In this document: in pieces, positions 1-11,811 of the stretch
How the letters are laid out: every line of letters starts with the position of its first letter
Numbering within the stretch: the first letter of the stretch is position 1
DNA from: Terriglobia bacterium
GTDB taxonomy: Bacteria; Acidobacteriota; Terriglobia; 20CM-2-55-15
NCBI GenBank assembly: GCA_963664115.2
Contig: CAXWPJ010000009.1
Location: 1,216,001 to 1,280,000 of the forward strand
Direction of reading: 5' to 3'
DNA: 64,000 bases
Notes under the pieces: model-generated
The model's input: the letters and a program-made list of their open reading frames with translations, nothing else
The model's database searches: none
Told to the model about the DNA's origin: nothing
Position numbers and translations under genes: made by a program

Positions 1-240
1 TTTTCACCGGTCCTGGCGGCACACGAGCGGATCACTCCCGTCCTTTCTACGGAACTCTATCGAGATGTATTTCGCTCTCTATATTGGGTTGTACCTAAGA
101 TCGCGGAGTTGATCGGAGCCATGCGCAGGCTGATCTCCGGAACGCCGATGGAGTTGACCACCGCGCTATGGACTTCCTCACTCTTCGCCGCGGTTTGCTT
201 CCTGGTCACGGTGATATACTTTTCGAGAAAAGACTACTAA
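1..240 (+). CDS. Partial (5'-truncated by window) membrane protein, probably ABC-transporter permease C-terminus
   Basis: Frame 1 is open from base 1 to TAA at 238-240: ...LYWVVPK...hydrophobic helix...IYFSRKDY*; the FxRKDY tail is typical of ABC-2 type permeases. Confidence 0.55.
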   Translation, partial: FSPVLAAHERITPVLSTELYRDVFRSLYWVVPKIAELIGAMRRLISGTPMELTTALWTSSLFAAVCFLVTVIYFSRKDY

Positions 241-283
241 GTTAAGCGCCTTCTTTTGCTTCGCGACAAAGGGTTTACCAGAA

Positions 284-1228
284 ATGAAATGGCTTATTGC
301 TACCTTTGCACTGGCGGCAACGATTGTGGTTGTCGCCGGTACGCAGTCTCCGGCGACTGAGGCCCTCAGCCCGGACGATGCTTTGCTGAGGGTGTTTCCC
401 GCAGACAGCGGCGGCGTGATGTTCGTCGACGTCGCAGAGCTTCGAAACAATCCATTGGTGCGCGAGTACTTTTTGGACGGATCTGATTTTGAGTTTCCGG
501 CTGTCGTGAGAGAGTTTGCCCGCCGGACGGGCCTCGACCCCGAAACCGACGTGGATCAGGTGATGCTTGGGCGGACGGGCGAAAACGAGTTTCTGGGTGT
601 TGCCAGGGCCGATTACGATCCTCTTGAAATCGAGCAGTATTTTCGAGATTCGAACATCGGCTTCGAATCTTACGCCGGACGTTCGATTTATCGACCTTCT
701 CCAGGGTCCGACTGGTCAGTGGCGTTCATCGACGACTTCGTCCTGATGGGTGAGGACGGATCCGTTCGAGGTGCGATCGATCGAATGGCGGCGACAACCG
801 GGACTGCCATCGACGATCCGGATCTGACCGAGGCCATTCGATCCATCGAGGAAGGCAGCCAGGTTTGGGGCGTGGGGATGCTGACGGACATGCTGCTTCC
901 CGAAGAGCTGGCGCCTCCAATGGCGGTTGATCTGATCGCTTCGCTGGAGCGCGTTACCTACCAGATGCGCTTGGATGCTGGCCTGAGGGTCCGGGCTGTC
1001 GGCGAATTCACGAGTCCGGACACAGCTCGACGCACGGGTGATTTACTGCGGGGACTCGTGGCGCTTGGTAAGATGCAGGTGTTTGAGCGAGAGGAGTTGA
1101 TCGAGCTGCTCGACGGGCTTCAGATAGAAAGCGTCGAATCTTCAATCGAGATCCGCTTTTCCGCCGATGGTGAGTTACTCAGGCGTGTGGCTGAGTCCGG
1201 CTTCCGACTTCCACGGTTGGGCGATTGA
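284..1228 (+). CDS. Hypothetical exported protein
   Basis: 314-aa ORF with N-terminal signal peptide (MKWLIATFALAATIVVVAG); no motif recognised. Confidence 0.75.
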   Translation: MKWLIATFALAATIVVVAGTQSPATEALSPDDALLRVFPADSGGVMFVDVAELRNNPLVREYFLDGSDFEFPAVVREFARRTGLDPETDVDQVMLGRTGENEFLGVARADYDPLEIEQYFRDSNIGFESYAGRSIYRPSPGSDWSVAFIDDFVLMGEDGSVRGAIDRMAATTGTAIDDPDLTEAIRSIEEGSQVWGVGMLTDMLLPEELAPPMAVDLIASLERVTYQMRLDAGLRVRAVGEFTSPDTARRTGDLLRGLVALGKMQVFEREELIELLDGLQIESVESSIEIRFSADGELLRRVAESGFRLPRLGD

Positions 1229-1406
1229 GCCGTTTAGGGCTCAGGACCCGGATTCCTCGACTCCGACCCCGAGTTCTGTGTCGGGTGTCTCTGTGAGTCA
1301 GTATATTTCCGATTCATCAAGCCAAAAAAACTTACGTTTCTTCGTGTTGACAAAACTTAGCGTCTTTGCGCCTTTGCGGTGATTTCTTCTCTTCGTGTAT
1401 CGAAAG

Positions 1407-2726
1407 TTACCTCGCCCCGGACATAGACGCCAGAAACTCGCTGTTACTCTTCGTCTTCCCCATCTTTTCCAGGAGCAGTTCCATTGCCTCAACTGTAGAA
1501 AGTGGGTTCAAAACCTTTCTCAAAACCCAGATGCGGGTGAGTTCGTCCTTGGTGACCAAGAGCTCTTCTTTTCTGGTGCCCGACCGGTTGATGTCAATCG
1601 CCGGGAAAACCCGCTTGTCTACGAGCTTGCGGTCCAGGCCGATCTCCATGTTGCCCGTGCCCTTGAATTCTTCGAATATGACGTCATCCATCCGGCTTCC
1701 GGTGTCGATCAGTGCCGTTGCCATGATTGTCAGACTGCCGCCTTCCTCGATGTTGCGTGCCGCACCGAAGAACCGTTTCGGGCGCTGAAGGGCGTTGGAG
1801 TCGACTCCGCCGGAGAGCACCTTGCCTGAGGGCGGGACGATCGTATTGTAGGCTCGCGCCAGGCGCGTGATCGAATCCAGAAGGATGACGACGTCGCGTT
1901 TGTGCTCGACCAGCCTCTTCGCCTTTTCGATGACCATTTCCGCCACCTGGACGTGTCGGGAGGCGGGCTCGTCGAATGTCGAACTGATCACTTCTCCATT
2001 GACCGATCGCTGCATGTCGGTCACTTCTTCGGGCCGCTCATCGATCAACAGGACGATCAGAATGACTTCAGGCTGGTTGGCCGTGATGGAGTTCGCGATC
2101 GTCTGTAACAGCATCGTCTTGCCGGTCCGGGGCGGTGCCACGATCAGTCCACGCTGACCTTTACCGATAGGCGTCAGCAGATCCAGCACACGCGCCGACA
2201 GATTTCCCTGCTCTGTTTCCAGTGTCAGTCTTTCGTCGGGATAGAGCGGTGTCAGGTTGTCGAAGAAGATCTTGTTGCGGGCTTTATCTGGATGTTCGAA
2301 GTTGACGGCTTCAACCTTGATCAAGGCAAAGTAGCGTTCGCCCTCTTTGGGTGGGCGAACCTGACCGGATACTGTATCCCCCGTTCTCAGATCGAACTTC
2401 CGAATCTGCGACGGAGATACGTAAATGTCGTCCGGTCCCGGTAAATAGTTGTAATCGGGAGCCCGGAGAAATCCGAATCCATCCGGTAAGGTTTCCAGAA
2501 CGCCCTCACTGAAAATGAAACCGCTCTTTTCAGTCTGGGCCTGGAGAATTTTGAAAATGAGTTCCTGCTTACGCATGCCCGACGCGCCCTGAATGTTGAG
2601 GTCTTTCGTGACCTGGGTCAGAGCGGAGATGTTCATCTCCTTGAGTTGGGCGATGTCCATCGCGGTGGAACCGTCTGCACGTTCTGTCACTAACTTTTTC
2701 GTTGTGGGTGGGTTTTTCTCGCTCAT
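1407..2726 (-). CDS. rho: Transcription termination factor Rho
   Basis: DGFGFLR RNA-binding motif, [18 protein letters not shown]-loop, [21 protein letters not shown]; start placed at MSEK (2726) rather than 2786. Confidence 0.97.
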   Translation of the reverse strand: MSEKNPPTTKKLVTERADGSTAMDIAQLKEMNISALTQVTKDLNIQGASGMRKQELIFKILQAQTEKSGFIFSEGVLETLPDGFGFLRAPDYNYLPGPDDIYVSPSQIRKFDLRTGDTVSGQVRPPKEGERYFALIKVEAVNFEHPDKARNKIFFDNLTPLYPDERLTLETEQGNLSARVLDLLTPIGKGQRGLIVAPPRTGKTMLLQTIANSITANQPEVILIVLLIDERPEEVTDMQRSVNGEVISSTFDEPASRHVQVAEMVIEKAKRLVEHKRDVVILLDSITRLARAYNTIVPPSGKVLSGGVDSNALQRPKRFFGAARNIEEGGSLTIMATALIDTGSRMDDVIFEEFKGTGNMEIGLDRKLVDKRVFPAIDINRSGTRKEELLVTKDELTRIWVLRKVLNPLSTVEAMELLLEKMGKTKSNSEFLASMSGAR

Positions 2727-2786
2727 GTGGGGTTCTTGATGTTGCGGTGTGTGGTTGCGGATTCGGTCCGAATGCGCCCTCTCCAC

Positions 2787-3362
2787 CTATGAAACGACGG
2801 TCCCGATCTTGTTCAATGTTTCTTTCTTTCCAAGACGCGTGACTGTCGAGAATGGAATCAGCCCTTCGGTTCCGAGCGTTGTCTCCGCTCTTTTGACCGA
2901 CTGGATCAACTGACTCCGTGAAAGTTTGTCTGATTTCGTCAAAATGACTGCGTTTTCGATTTGGTAGTGGTCCAACCACTCCTTCATTAGGATGTCGTCC
3001 TGCGTTGGCGGGATGCGGCAATCTACGAGCAGCAACGCCAACTTCAGCTGTGGCCGGTCTTGTAAATAACCTTCAACCATGTTCCTCCACGTCGCCTGGA
3101 TCTGCTTGGGAACTTTGGCGTATCCGTATCCGGGTAGATCGACGAAGTACAGGTTGTCATTGATTGAATAGAAGTTGATGGTTTGTGTGCGTCCCGGCGA
3201 CCGGCTGATTCGGGCTAGTTTGCCCAGATTTGCCAGCGCGTTCAGCAAGCTTGATTTTCCGACGTTCGAGCGGCCTATAAAAGCGATCTCCTGTAGTTGA
3301 TCACGAGGAAAGTCAGCCGGTTTCTGGGTACTCTTGATAAATCGGGCGGAACTGACTTTCAC
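2787..3362 (-). CDS. engB: Ribosome biogenesis GTPase YihA/EngB
   Basis: GRSNVGKSS, PGRTQTINF, DLPGYGY, TKSDK motifs; position after lon. Confidence 0.95.
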   Translation of the reverse strand: MKVSSARFIKSTQKPADFPRDQLQEIAFIGRSNVGKSSLLNALANLGKLARISRSPGRTQTINFYSINDNLYFVDLPGYGYAKVPKQIQATWRNMVEGYLQDRPQLKLALLLVDCRIPPTQDDILMKEWLDHYQIENAVILTKSDKLSRSQLIQSVKRAETTLGTEGLIPFSTVTRLGKKETLNKIGTVVS

Positions 3363-3576
3363 GGGAGGTCGAGCACGGAAGGCTCATTTCCAGACCTGAC
3401 TATTCTACCAACTATTGGATGAAAATATCCAGTTTAAGAGGACGGAAACTTCAAGGGTGTTTTTTTACAAGTGATTGCTGAAGCCCATTCTTCGCTTGGG
3501 CCATACGTTCCATTCGCTCTCAATCAGTACGCGACGTCAATATGCAACAACACTGTGCAACATCAATGTTGCAACA

Positions 3577-5988
3577 TCAATGTGCAATCGAGGTGGGGCC
3601 TTCGCCAGGACTTCCGGTCAGCGCTGCCGGATTAAAGGCCTCTGCCTCATCCAGGGGTGTCGGTTGGGAGGTGAGCGCAACTTTCAGCACTTCGTCCATG
3701 TTTTCTACCGCGTGTATCGTGAACTCCCCCAATATGTTAGCAGGGATGTCCGCCAGATCCTTTTCGGTGTCCTTCGGTAGTATGATCGTGCGGATACCCA
3801 CGCGATGCGCCGCCAGCATCTTCTCCTTGATCCCGCCGATCGGCAAAACCTTGCCCCGCAGCGTGATCTCTCCCGTCATCGCCACGTCACATGAAACCGG
3901 AATCCGTGTCAAAGCGCTAACGATCGACGTTGCCATCGTGATCCCGGCCGAGGGCCCGTCTTTCGGGATCGCACCCTCCGGCACATGAATGTGGAGGTCG
4001 AGTTTTTGGTAGAAATCTTTGGGAATCCCAAAGGCGTGCGCACGGGACCGAACATAACTCATTGCGGCCTGAGCCGATTCCTGCATCACATCACCGAGCT
4101 TGCCGGTTAGCGTCAACTTCCCGGTCCCTTCCATCGCGGTGGTTTCCGTCACAAGGATTTCACCGCCCACTTCGGTCCACGCCAGGCCGGTCACGAGACC
4201 TATCTCGTTTTTGGCTTCATGCTGGTTTGAACGGTACTTTGCGACTCCGAGATATTCGCTCAGGTTCTCTGAAGTGACCTGGGCACTATACTTCTTGCCC
4301 TCCCGCACCACTGCCCGCGATACCTTACGGCAGACCGAAGAAATTTCCCGTTCCAGGTTCCGAACGCCTGCTTCCCTCGTATACCGGCTAATGATGTCAC
4401 GAATGGTCTCGTCATCGAACTGGAGCTGTTTTTTGCCCAGGCCGGTTGATTCCAACTGCTTGGGTATCAGGAAGCGCTTAGAGATTTCCCGCTTTTCTTC
4501 CTCGGTGTATCCGGGGATACGCAGAATCTCCATCCTGTCCTGCAGGGGCCGCGGGATCGTGTGAAGGACATTCGCCGTCGCTATGAACATGACCTGTGAC
4601 AGATCATAGTCGACATCGAGATAGTGATCGTTGAAGCTTGAGTTCTGTTCGGGATCGAGGACCTCCAGTAGTGCCGCTCCGGGGTCTCCTCTGAAATCCA
4701 TGTTCATCTTGTCGACTTCATCCAGAAGGAAGACCGGATTCATGGTGCCCGCTTTCTTGATCATCTGAATAATCTGACCCGGGAGGGCGCCGATATATGT
4801 CCGGCGGTGCCCTCGAATCTCGGCTTCATCCCTTACTCCACCCAGTGCGAACCTGACGAATTTGCGACCCGTCGCCCGCGCGATCGACATTCCGAGAGAA
4901 GTCTTGCCAACTCCCGGAGGTCCGGCGAAACAAAGAATCGAGCCTTTGGGCTTTTTGACGAGCTGGCGTACCGCAAGGAACTCCAGAATGCGCTCCTTGA
5001 CCTTGTCGAGCCCATAGTGATCTTCGTTCAGGATCCGCTCAGCCGCTTCAATATCTCGAATTTCCCGGCTGCGTTTCTTCCACGGGACCGCGACCAACCA
5101 GTCCACATAGTTTCGGGAGACCGTTGATTCTGCTGACATCGCCGGCATCATTTCGAGCCGGCGCAGTTCCTGGATGGCCTTCTCGTACGCGTCCTTCGGC
5201 ATTCCGGCGTCTTCGATCTTTGCCCGGAGCTCGTCCAAATCCGATTTCTCGTCCTTTTTGCCCAGCTCACGTTGAATCGCCTTGATCTTTTCGTTGAGGT
5301 AGTACTCCTTCTGGGCACGCTCCATCTGGCGCTTGACCCTGCCCTGAATCGATCGATCTACCTGAAGCTTCTCGGTCTCTATGTCGAGCAGGTCCGCGAG
5401 GCGCTTACATCGCTCGACGGGGTTGAATATCTCGATGAGTTCCTGCTTTTCTTCTACCGACAGCGTAAGGTGCGCACATATCGTGTCGCCCAGACGACTG
5501 ATGTCGTCCATCCGGATCGCAGCCAGAACCTGTTCGTAATTGACATTCCGGCTCAGCTTTACGTATTGCTCGAAAAGCTGACTGACACGGGCAATGAGGT
5601 TGTCGTATCCGGAGAAGGTTTGGTTTCTGAAAGGTGACAGTCGCAAGTCGGCAGTGAGATGCCCGGATTCTTCTGACATTTTCAGTATCCGAGCACGCTC
5701 AATGCCTTCGACAAGAACCTTCGTGTTTCCGTCCGGCAGTTTTAGAGCCTGGACAAGGTTGGAAACCGTTCCGACCTGATAAATCTCGTTGGGTTTGGGA
5801 TTGTCGACTGCGTCGTCGTACTGAGTGGACAGGAAAATTCTTTTGTCCCCATCCATCGCGGCTTCCAGCGCCCTCACCGAGGACTTCCGTCCGATGACGA
5901 AGGGCACCAACATGTAGGGAAAGATTACGACGTCCCGAATCGGGACCATGGGTAGGGTGACCTGCTCGTATTTTTCCTTCTTAGTCAT
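3577..5988 (-). CDS. lon: ATP-dependent Lon protease
   Basis: LON N-domain, GPPGVGKTS Walker [19 protein letters not shown] catalytic Ser, 803 aa. Confidence 0.98.
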   Translation of the reverse strand: MTKKEKYEQVTLPMVPIRDVVIFPYMLVPFVIGRKSSVRALEAAMDGDKRIFLSTQYDDAVDNPKPNEIYQVGTVSNLVQALKLPDGNTKVLVEGIERARILKMSEESGHLTADLRLSPFRNQTFSGYDNLIARVSQLFEQYVKLSRNVNYEQVLAAIRMDDISRLGDTICAHLTLSVEEKQELIEIFNPVERCKRLADLLDIETEKLQVDRSIQGRVKRQMERAQKEYYLNEKIKAIQRELGKKDEKSDLDELRAKIEDAGMPKDAYEKAIQELRRLEMMPAMSAESTVSRNYVDWLVAVPWKKRSREIRDIEAAERILNEDHYGLDKVKERILEFLAVRQLVKKPKGSILCFAGPPGVGKTSLGMSIARATGRKFVRFALGGVRDEAEIRGHRRTYIGALPGQIIQMIKKAGTMNPVFLLDEVDKMNMDFRGDPGAALLEVLDPEQNSSFNDHYLDVDYDLSQVMFIATANVLHTIPRPLQDRMEILRIPGYTEEEKREISKRFLIPKQLESTGLGKKQLQFDDETIRDIISRYTREAGVRNLEREISSVCRKVSRAVVREGKKYSAQVTSENLSEYLGVAKYRSNQHEAKNEIGLVTGLAWTEVGGEILVTETTAMEGTGKLTLTGKLGDVMQESAQAAMSYVRSRAHAFGIPKDFYQKLDLHIHVPEGAIPKDGPSAGITMATSIVSALTRIPVSCDVAMTGEITLRGKVLPIGGIKEKMLAAHRVGIRTIILPKDTEKDLADIPANILGEFTIHAVENMDEVLKVALTSQPTPLDEAEAFNPAALTGSPGEGPTSIAH

Positions 5989-6071
5989 TTTCTAGAGTCG
6001 CTTCCGGTGTATTAACCCTTGGTTAAGTGTGGCGTTGCGACCGGAAATCGATAGTCCCTCGGATAGCCCGC

Positions 6072-7304
6072 TTACCCGGCCTTTTCAAATGGTAACCGTA
6101 CTTCCTTCTTTTCGACCATTCGCTTCGTAATCGTTAGTTCTTCGTGGTTTTTCTGCCCTGGAATCGTGTACATAACGTCCAGCATGAGCTCTTCCATGAT
6201 GATACGGAGGCCTCGGGCGCCGACATTTCGTTTTACGGACTGGGCCGCAATCGCCTCGATCGCCTTGTCAGCGAACTTCAAGCTGACGTTTTCGTAGTCG
6301 AACAGGCGCTGATACTGCTTGACCAGTGCGTTCTTGGGACGGGTGAGGATTTCCACCAATGCCGCCTCATCCAGATCGTGAAGGGTTCCTACCACAGGAA
6401 CACGCCCTACGAACTCCGGGATCATGCCGTATTTGATCAGATCTTCAGGCTCGACGACGTCGATGAGCTGGGATCGACCGTCATCGGTCTTGCTCCGGAG
6501 CTCACCCTTGAAGCCCATCGTACTGCGTTTGGCTAAACGTTTTTCGATGACTTCCTCCAGGCCTACAAACGCACCTCCGCAAATGAACAGAATGTTCGTC
6601 GTGTCAACCTGCGTGAACTCCTGGTGAGGATGCTTGCGCCCTCCTTGAGGGGGGACGTTTGCCACGGTCCCCTCCAACATCTTCAGCAGGGCCTGCTGGA
6701 CTCCTTCACCGGAGACGTCGCGCGTGATCGAAGGGTTTTCGTCCTTGCGGCCGATCTTGTCGATCTCGTCGATGTAAATAATTCCCGTCTGAGCCCGTTC
6801 CACATCTCCCCCGGCACTTTGAACGAGCTGTAAGATGATGTTTTCGACGTCCTCACCGACATAACCGGCCTCGGTCAGAGTGGTTGCGTCGACTATCGCA
6901 AAGGGGACACTCAGCAGTCTCGCCAGCGTCTGGGCAAGGAGCGTCTTGCCTGTACCGGTGCGACCGATCAGCAGAATGTTGGATTTCTGAAGTTCGACTT
7001 CGGACTTCTTCCGCGACAGCTCGATCCGTTTGTAGTGGTTGTAGACGGCGACGGCCAGCTTCTTCTTCGTTTGGTTCTGAGCGATGACGTATTGGTCCAG
7101 AAATTCTTTGATTTCAGGTGGTTTAGGGAGATGGACGTTACCCGATGCCGGTTCAAGACCCTGATCTTCGTCAATGATGTCCTGACAGACAGTAACGCAT
7201 TCGTCACAAATAAAGACCGTTGGACCTGCGATCAGTTTTCGAACGTCATTCTGGCTCTTGTTGCAGAACGAACATCGAAGCGCTTCGTTACTGTTCTTTT
7301 TCAA
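6072..7304 (-). CDS. clpX: ATP-dependent Clp protease ATP-binding subunit ClpX
   Basis: CSFC...CDEC zinc finger, [33 protein letters not shown]; probable TTG start at 7304 after GGAGG. Confidence 0.97.
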   Translation of the reverse strand: MKKNSNEALRCSFCNKSQNDVRKLIAGPTVFICDECVTVCQDIIDEDQGLEPASGNVHLPKPPEIKEFLDQYVIAQNQTKKKLAVAVYNHYKRIELSRKKSEVELQKSNILLIGRTGTGKTLLAQTLARLLSVPFAIVDATTLTEAGYVGEDVENIILQLVQSAGGDVERAQTGIIYIDEIDKIGRKDENPSITRDVSGEGVQQALLKMLEGTVANVPPQGGRKHPHQEFTQVDTTNILFICGGAFVGLEEVIEKRLAKRSTMGFKGELRSKTDDGRSQLIDVVEPEDLIKYGMIPEFVGRVPVVGTLHDLDEAALVEILTRPKNALVKQYQRLFDYENVSLKFADKAIEAIAAQSVKRNVGARGLRIIMEELMLDVMYTIPGQKNHEELTITKRMVEKKEVRLPFEKAG

Positions 7305-7385
7305 ACCGCTGTTCCTCCACCTGTTCGTCAGGCTCGAGGGCCTAACCGTGTCCATATAAAGCGCTTTGTTGACTTCGTTTGGTGT

Positions 7386-7973
7386 CTACTGGCGCGTGGA
7401 GATGACCTCGTCGATAATGCCGTATTCCTTTGATTGTTCTGAGTCCATGATGTAATCCCGCTCGACGTCCTTTTCAATGCGTTCCAATGGCTGATTCGTG
7501 TGTTTTGAGAGGATGCCGTTCAGGATGCTACGCATCCTCAGAATTTCCTTCGCCTGGATGTCGATCTCGGTGGCCTGGCCCTGTAAGCCGCCCATCCACG
7601 GCTGGTGGATCATGATCCGGGCACTCGGCAAAGCAAATCGTTTTTTGGGAGCTCCTGCAGCCAGTAGGACTGCCCCCATGCTGGCCGCCTGCCCCATGCA
7701 TATCGTCGTTACATCGGGCCGAATGAACTGAATCGTGTCGTAAACAGCCAGGCCGCCAGTGATCGATCCGCCGGGAGAATTGATATAGAGGGATATGTCC
7801 CGCTCCGGATCTTCAGCCTCTAAATAAAGAAGCTGGGCAGTGACGACGTTGGCGACGTTGTCGTCAATCGGAGTTCCAATAAAGATGATGCTGTCTCTGA
7901 GCAGCCGCGAGTAAATATCGTAGGCGCGCTCACCACGATTGCTCTGCTCGACGACCATTGGAATAAGTGCCAT
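7386..7973 (-). CDS. clpP: ATP-dependent Clp protease proteolytic subunit ClpP
   Basis: [10 protein letters not shown]...[32 protein letters not shown]; start after GAGG at 7973. Confidence 0.97.
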   Translation of the reverse strand: MALIPMVVEQSNRGERAYDIYSRLLRDSIIFIGTPIDDNVANVVTAQLLYLEAEDPERDISLYINSPGGSITGGLAVYDTIQFIRPDVTTICMGQAASMGAVLLAAGAPKKRFALPSARIMIHQPWMGGLQGQATEIDIQAKEILRMRSILNGILSKHTNQPLERIEKDVERDYIMDSEQSKEYGIIDEVISTRQ

Positions 7974-8071
7974 CTGTTCCTCAGGAGTGTTCTTCATTGA
8001 CTGATTCCTACTCTATTCTCTTGCACACACTAGCCCTTAGTGACGTTATCGGAAAATTGCGTGGATTCCTT

Positions 8072-8147
8072 GAATTGGGGTCAGAGCCCTATTTCCCTAT
8101 TTTCTTGTTACCTCAATTGTCGGGTAATTGGGCTCTCACCCCAATTC
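8072..8147. repeat. Intergenic inverted repeat (REP-like)
   Basis: gaattggggtcagagccc...gggctctcaccccaattc, ~18-bp imperfect arms between tig and clpP. Confidence 0.55.
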
Positions 8148-8387
8148 GATACCCGGGACACCACAAAAATTGTGTCACAAACTGGTGAGAAATACAGCAT
8201 GTTGGGGAATTCTGTGTCAGGGGCGTTTCAGGCGTTGGTGCAGTCTATTGCTCCACGCAGTATAAAATTCGGGTGATTTTGTGCGCTGGCAGAGGGCAGA
8301 GACAGAAGAAGATCGCGGTCTGTATCGATAAATCCCGCTGCCCGAAGTAAGAAAGTTGAGGCGTCTAAACCCATAATCCTGCGTTTC

Positions 8388-9713
8388 CTATTCCGTTACT
8401 TCGGCTTTTGATTCTCCTCCCAGGCTTCCCGCGGGCACGAACTTTGCCCGGTCCTGAAGAATCTTAAGAGTCTTGGTATTGCTGATCTGTCCTTTGATCT
8501 TTTCGATGCCGTTGTTTCCGTTCAATGCCTCGCGGACACTATGCGTGGACTGCTGCATTTGAGTGGCCATCGCCTCGATTTCCTTGTCGATTTCCTCTTC
8601 CGATACTTCGACGTCCTCCTTGTCGGCGAGATGATCCAGTATGAGTGATCCCCGAACGTCGCGTACGGCCTGGTCGTATTGCTCGTTGCGAACCTTTCCC
8701 CAGTCCAGATCCAACTGCTGCGGGTTGATCCCCTGCCGCGACAAATCTCTCATCAGGCGCTGCAGTCGAACCTGCACCTGGTGTTCCACGAGCGATTCCG
8801 GGACTTCGAATTCGTTGTTTTCTTCCAGCCAGTGAAGCAAGGCGTCCCGCATCTGCTCGTCGGCGCGGGTCTGTTTGTGTTCTTCGAGATTATTCCGGAC
8901 TTCCACCCGGAGGTCTGCCAGCGTCGGGTAGTCTCCAAGTCCCTGGGCAAACTCGTCGTCGAGCGCAGGGCGCTTTTTCTCCTTGATCGATTCGAGGTGT
9001 ACCGTGTACTCGGCCAACTTGCCGGCCAGCTTCGGTTCGGGATGATCGTCGCGGTATTTCACGTCGAAGGTCTTGTCTTCACCTGCCCGGGCGCCTGTCA
9101 GATTTTCGGTGAACTCCTTGATCGTCGTTTCGCCTCCAATCTCGCACAGAGCTTTTTCGGCCGATAGAGCATCGTCGTTCTCCTCCCCTTCCAGAGTGCC
9201 TTTAAAGGAGATTTCGACAAAGTCACCCTCCCCGGCCGCACGATCGTCTTCGACCGGCGTCATTTCAGCGCGTTCCTCGACCATCCGGTCCAGCGTGTCA
9301 TCCACCTCTTCTTCGGTGACCTCGGTGGGGACTTCTTCAATCGGAATATTCGCGTGGTTCGTAACGTCGAGCGTGGGATAGATCTCAAAGACCGCTTTGA
9401 ATCGGAGTGGGGCGCCCTTCTCGTAGTCGACTTCCTCAAACTCAGGCGAATCGACGATATTTAGATCTTTCTCTTTGACCGCATCGGAAAAATAGTGGGG
9501 CAGAAGGTGCTGGTACATCTCCGAAATAATATCGTCCCGATAGCGGGTCTTGATCACACCCAGCGGAGCCTTTCCTGGACGGAACCCGGGTACGCGGGCC
9601 TGCTTTGCAAACTTGCGCGCGACAGCCGTAATTTCATCGCTGACAACGTCTTCGGGAATTTCGATTTCGAAACGCTTCTTTACGGTACTGATGTCGGTCA
9701 GTTCTGCCTTCAT
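8388..9713 (-). CDS. tig: Trigger factor
   Basis: VPGFRPGKAP ribosome-binding motif, FKBP-like middle domain, canonical position upstream of clpP. Confidence 0.96.
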   Translation of the reverse strand: MKAELTDISTVKKRFEIEIPEDVVSDEITAVARKFAKQARVPGFRPGKAPLGVIKTRYRDDIISEMYQHLLPHYFSDAVKEKDLNIVDSPEFEEVDYEKGAPLRFKAVFEIYPTLDVTNHANIPIEEVPTEVTEEEVDDTLDRMVEERAEMTPVEDDRAAGEGDFVEISFKGTLEGEENDDALSAEKALCEIGGETTIKEFTENLTGARAGEDKTFDVKYRDDHPEPKLAGKLAEYTVHLESIKEKKRPALDDEFAQGLGDYPTLADLRVEVRNNLEEHKQTRADEQMRDALLHWLEENNEFEVPESLVEHQVQVRLQRLMRDLSRQGINPQQLDLDWGKVRNEQYDQAVRDVRGSLILDHLADKEDVEVSEEEIDKEIEAMATQMQQSTHSVREALNGNNGIEKIKGQISNTKTLKILQDRAKFVPAGSLGGESKAEVTE

Positions 9714-9750
9714 GAAATGAGTTTTCCGCTACAGGTTGTAAGGGGCCGAG

Positions 9751-9832
9751 TGCGAAAGGAGGGACTCGAACCCTCAAGGGTTACCCCACTGGATCCTAAA
9801 TCCAGCGCGTCTGCCAGTTCCGCCACTTTCGC
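9751..9832 (-). tRNA. tRNA-Leu(TAG)
   Basis: Reverse complement GCGAAAGTGGCGGAACTGGCAGACGCGCTGGATTTAGGATCCAGTGGGGTAACCCTTGAGGGTTCGAGTCCCTCCTTTCGCA: acceptor stem, anticodon stem CTGGA/TCCAG with TAG, long variable arm, GTTCGA T-loop; CCA not encoded. Confidence 0.96.
9793..9832. repeat. att site (left junction), 40-bp direct repeat = 5' half of tRNA-Leu
   Basis: atcctaaatccagcgcgtctgccagttccgccactttcgc is identical at 22168-22207. Confidence 0.93.
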
Positions 9833-9847
9833 GCACGTTTAAAATCA

Positions 9848-9876
9848 ATTATTTGGAGAATCCTGCCACTTTCCAA
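9848..9876 (-). promoter_or_regulatory. Candidate island-supplied sigma70 promoter for tRNA-Leu/tig operon
   Basis: Minus strand TTGGAA-N17-AATAAT, ending 15 nt upstream of the tRNA 5' end, inside the integrase 3' end. Confidence 0.4.
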
Positions 9877-10630
9877 TTAGGCGTCGATGGGGAGATTCGT
9901 GGGGACTCGACTCCTAATTTTGGCAGCTTCGCCACGAACTCTCGTTTGTAATCCATCGACAAGTGAGTATATCGCATCGTCATCTTCGGGTCCTTATGTC
10001 CCATGAGCTCCATTTGCGCTTTACTCGTCACTCCGCTCATCGCCAGCCATGATCCGTAGCAATGCCGGAGGTCATGGAAACGGAAGTCTTTCAGCCCGGC
10101 ACGTTCTACTGCGTTACAGAACGCCGTTCTCCAGTCCTTCCAGGGTTTCCCGTACCGATTGATGAATACCAAATCCTCTGGAGCCCGTTCACGCTCGGCC
10201 TTCAGTTGATTCAACGCCTCGAAGAGATCTTCCGTCATAGGGACTGTCCGCGTCTCACCGTTCTTGGCGTAGCAGCTCTCGACGGTGATCGACCGGTTCC
10301 GTATATTGACGTTGGACCAGCGCAAGGATGTGATTTCTGACTTCCTGAAGCCCGTATGCATCGCCATCAAAACGACGACGCGGAAATCAGGGTTGCAGTT
10401 AGCCAGCAGCGTCTGGACCTCTTCCTGGGTCAAATAGCGCGTCCTACCGTTATCTTCGCGGTACAGCTTCACTTCGCTGACCGGATTCTTCTTGGCGAAG
10501 CCCCACTTGGCGCACACGTTGAAGAGGTTTTTGAGCAGAGCCAACTCTCTGTTGACCGTGGCATCCGCAGCCTTCGCCTTCTTAGCGCTCCCGTTTGTAC
10601 TTCTCGATCAGGAGGATTGGAGAGAGACAT
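9849..10630 (-). pseudogene. Tyrosine integrase, N-terminally truncated and frameshifted
   Basis: Catalytic domain intact (TGFRKSE, AKNG, FHDLRH, LMGH, MRYTH), but upstream homologous IEKYKRER lies in a different frame from ADATVNRELALLK (shift near 10584) and the N-terminal domains are missing. Confidence 0.8.
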
Positions 10631-10705
10631 GGCGTGGATTCCGACCTGCGATTTCTCAAACTCCAGCACTATCACAGCTATATCCTGCGGTGACCGGCTT
10701 CACGC

Positions 10706-11416
10706 TCAAATATGGAACACGCGCATATGCATGCCGCCGAGAGAAATTCGGCAGAGCAGATCGAATCTGAACTTGCACTTCGTCCTATCGAAGAATTCAA
10801 AGAATGCTCGCGTCTCGCCGGTGTTCGGGTTATCTGTCCAATCGTCAAAGCACAGGTAGGCGCCATCCACAAGCCGACCCTCAAGAAATTCCAAACATTC
10901 AGCAGCTGGCTGATAAAGGTCGCAGTCAATCCGGGCAAAGGCGACGGAGGTTATGTTCGCCCGGATGTCAGGACGCGCCAGCGTATCTGAAAACCAGCCC
11001 TTGACGAGGGAAACACTAGGGCGAGATTTCGCTTTCAACCGCTCCAAGACGGATTCGTAATCGGCGGCGAACTGACCCTTTTGCCAATAAGGGGCGTCAA
11101 GAGAGGAAGGCTCAGGTAGCCCTTCAAAACTATCGAATCCGTAAATATTGATCTTCAGTCCGATCTCTTCTGAGTACTGGATCAATTGTTCGAGGCTATT
11201 TCCTACAGACACGCCGAATTCCAACAGATCCCCTTCAATCAAGGTATCGTGGACGTTCGTCAAAAACTGTTTCCACATACGGCTCTCTATTTTCCAGATG
11301 GTCGCTTGGAGCTCCAACGCTTCGGGAGACCCCCAAGGGAAAGGGAATCGAATCCAGGCTGGCGGACCGTCGGGCTCACTCTGGAAGGCGGTCTTGTAGA
11401 GCTGGTCGTAATCCAT
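10706..11416 (-). CDS. TylF/MycF-family O-methyltransferase
   Basis: LEFGVSVGNS, GFDSFEGLP, VKGWFSDTL, RIDCDLY, CFDDW motifs. Confidence 0.88.
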   Translation of the reverse strand: MDYDQLYKTAFQSEPDGPPAWIRFPFPWGSPEALELQATIWKIESRMWKQFLTNVHDTLIEGDLLEFGVSVGNSLEQLIQYSEEIGLKINIYGFDSFEGLPEPSSLDAPYWQKGQFAADYESVLERLKAKSRPSVSLVKGWFSDTLARPDIRANITSVAFARIDCDLYQPAAECLEFLEGRLVDGAYLCFDDWTDNPNTGETRAFFEFFDRTKCKFRFDLLCRISLGGMHMRVFHI

Positions 11417-11557
11417 TCAGAACCTCGATTCCTTCTGTCCCATCCAGCAAACCTGACGGCATCGTGGCAAGCCGCGTGCGCGCCACACTTCTCCCATCCC
11501 ACCCTTGCCGAGGAGACTCAGGATCTCGTAGTGGCCGAGTTTAGAGCCAGATTCCAT
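11417..11557 (-). pseudogene. Ser/Thr kinase N-terminal stub 1 (46-aa ORF)
   Basis: [28 protein letters not shown] (Gly-rich loop) followed by unrelated sequence; its TGA directly abuts the TylF ATG. Confidence 0.85.
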
Positions 11558-11633
11558 GTTCAAAGTGTGTCGCTGAAAAAACCGAGAAAAACTCGGTAAA
11601 CGATACTAGAGGTGGGTGTTAGGCGCTATCAAA

Positions 11634-11670
11634 TTCTCAACGCCTGATAAACATTGGCGGACACTGAGAA
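11634..11670 (-). repeat. Degenerate inverted copy of palindromic site (A')
   Basis: Reverse complement TTCTCA GTGTCCGCCAA tgt TTATCAGGCGT TGAGAA (spacer shortened to 3 bp). Confidence 0.6.
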
Positions 11671-11689
11671 ACCCCAGTAATTTGCCCAA

Positions 11690-11729
11690 TTCTCAACGTC
11701 CGACAAGATGATTTCTCAGGACTTGACCC
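11690..11729 (+). repeat. Palindromic 6-11-6-11-6 site (A)
   Basis: TTCTCA ACGTCCGACAA GATGAT TTCTCAGGACT TGACCC; homologous copies at 14920, 18224 and, inverted, 14772. Confidence 0.85.
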
Positions 11730-11811
11730 CGAGAGTCACGGCACCGGCACCCGTTCTTTCAGTTCTTCAATGTTGACTCACTGGAATCACACCGCGACTT
11801 TTGAGTCCAGC

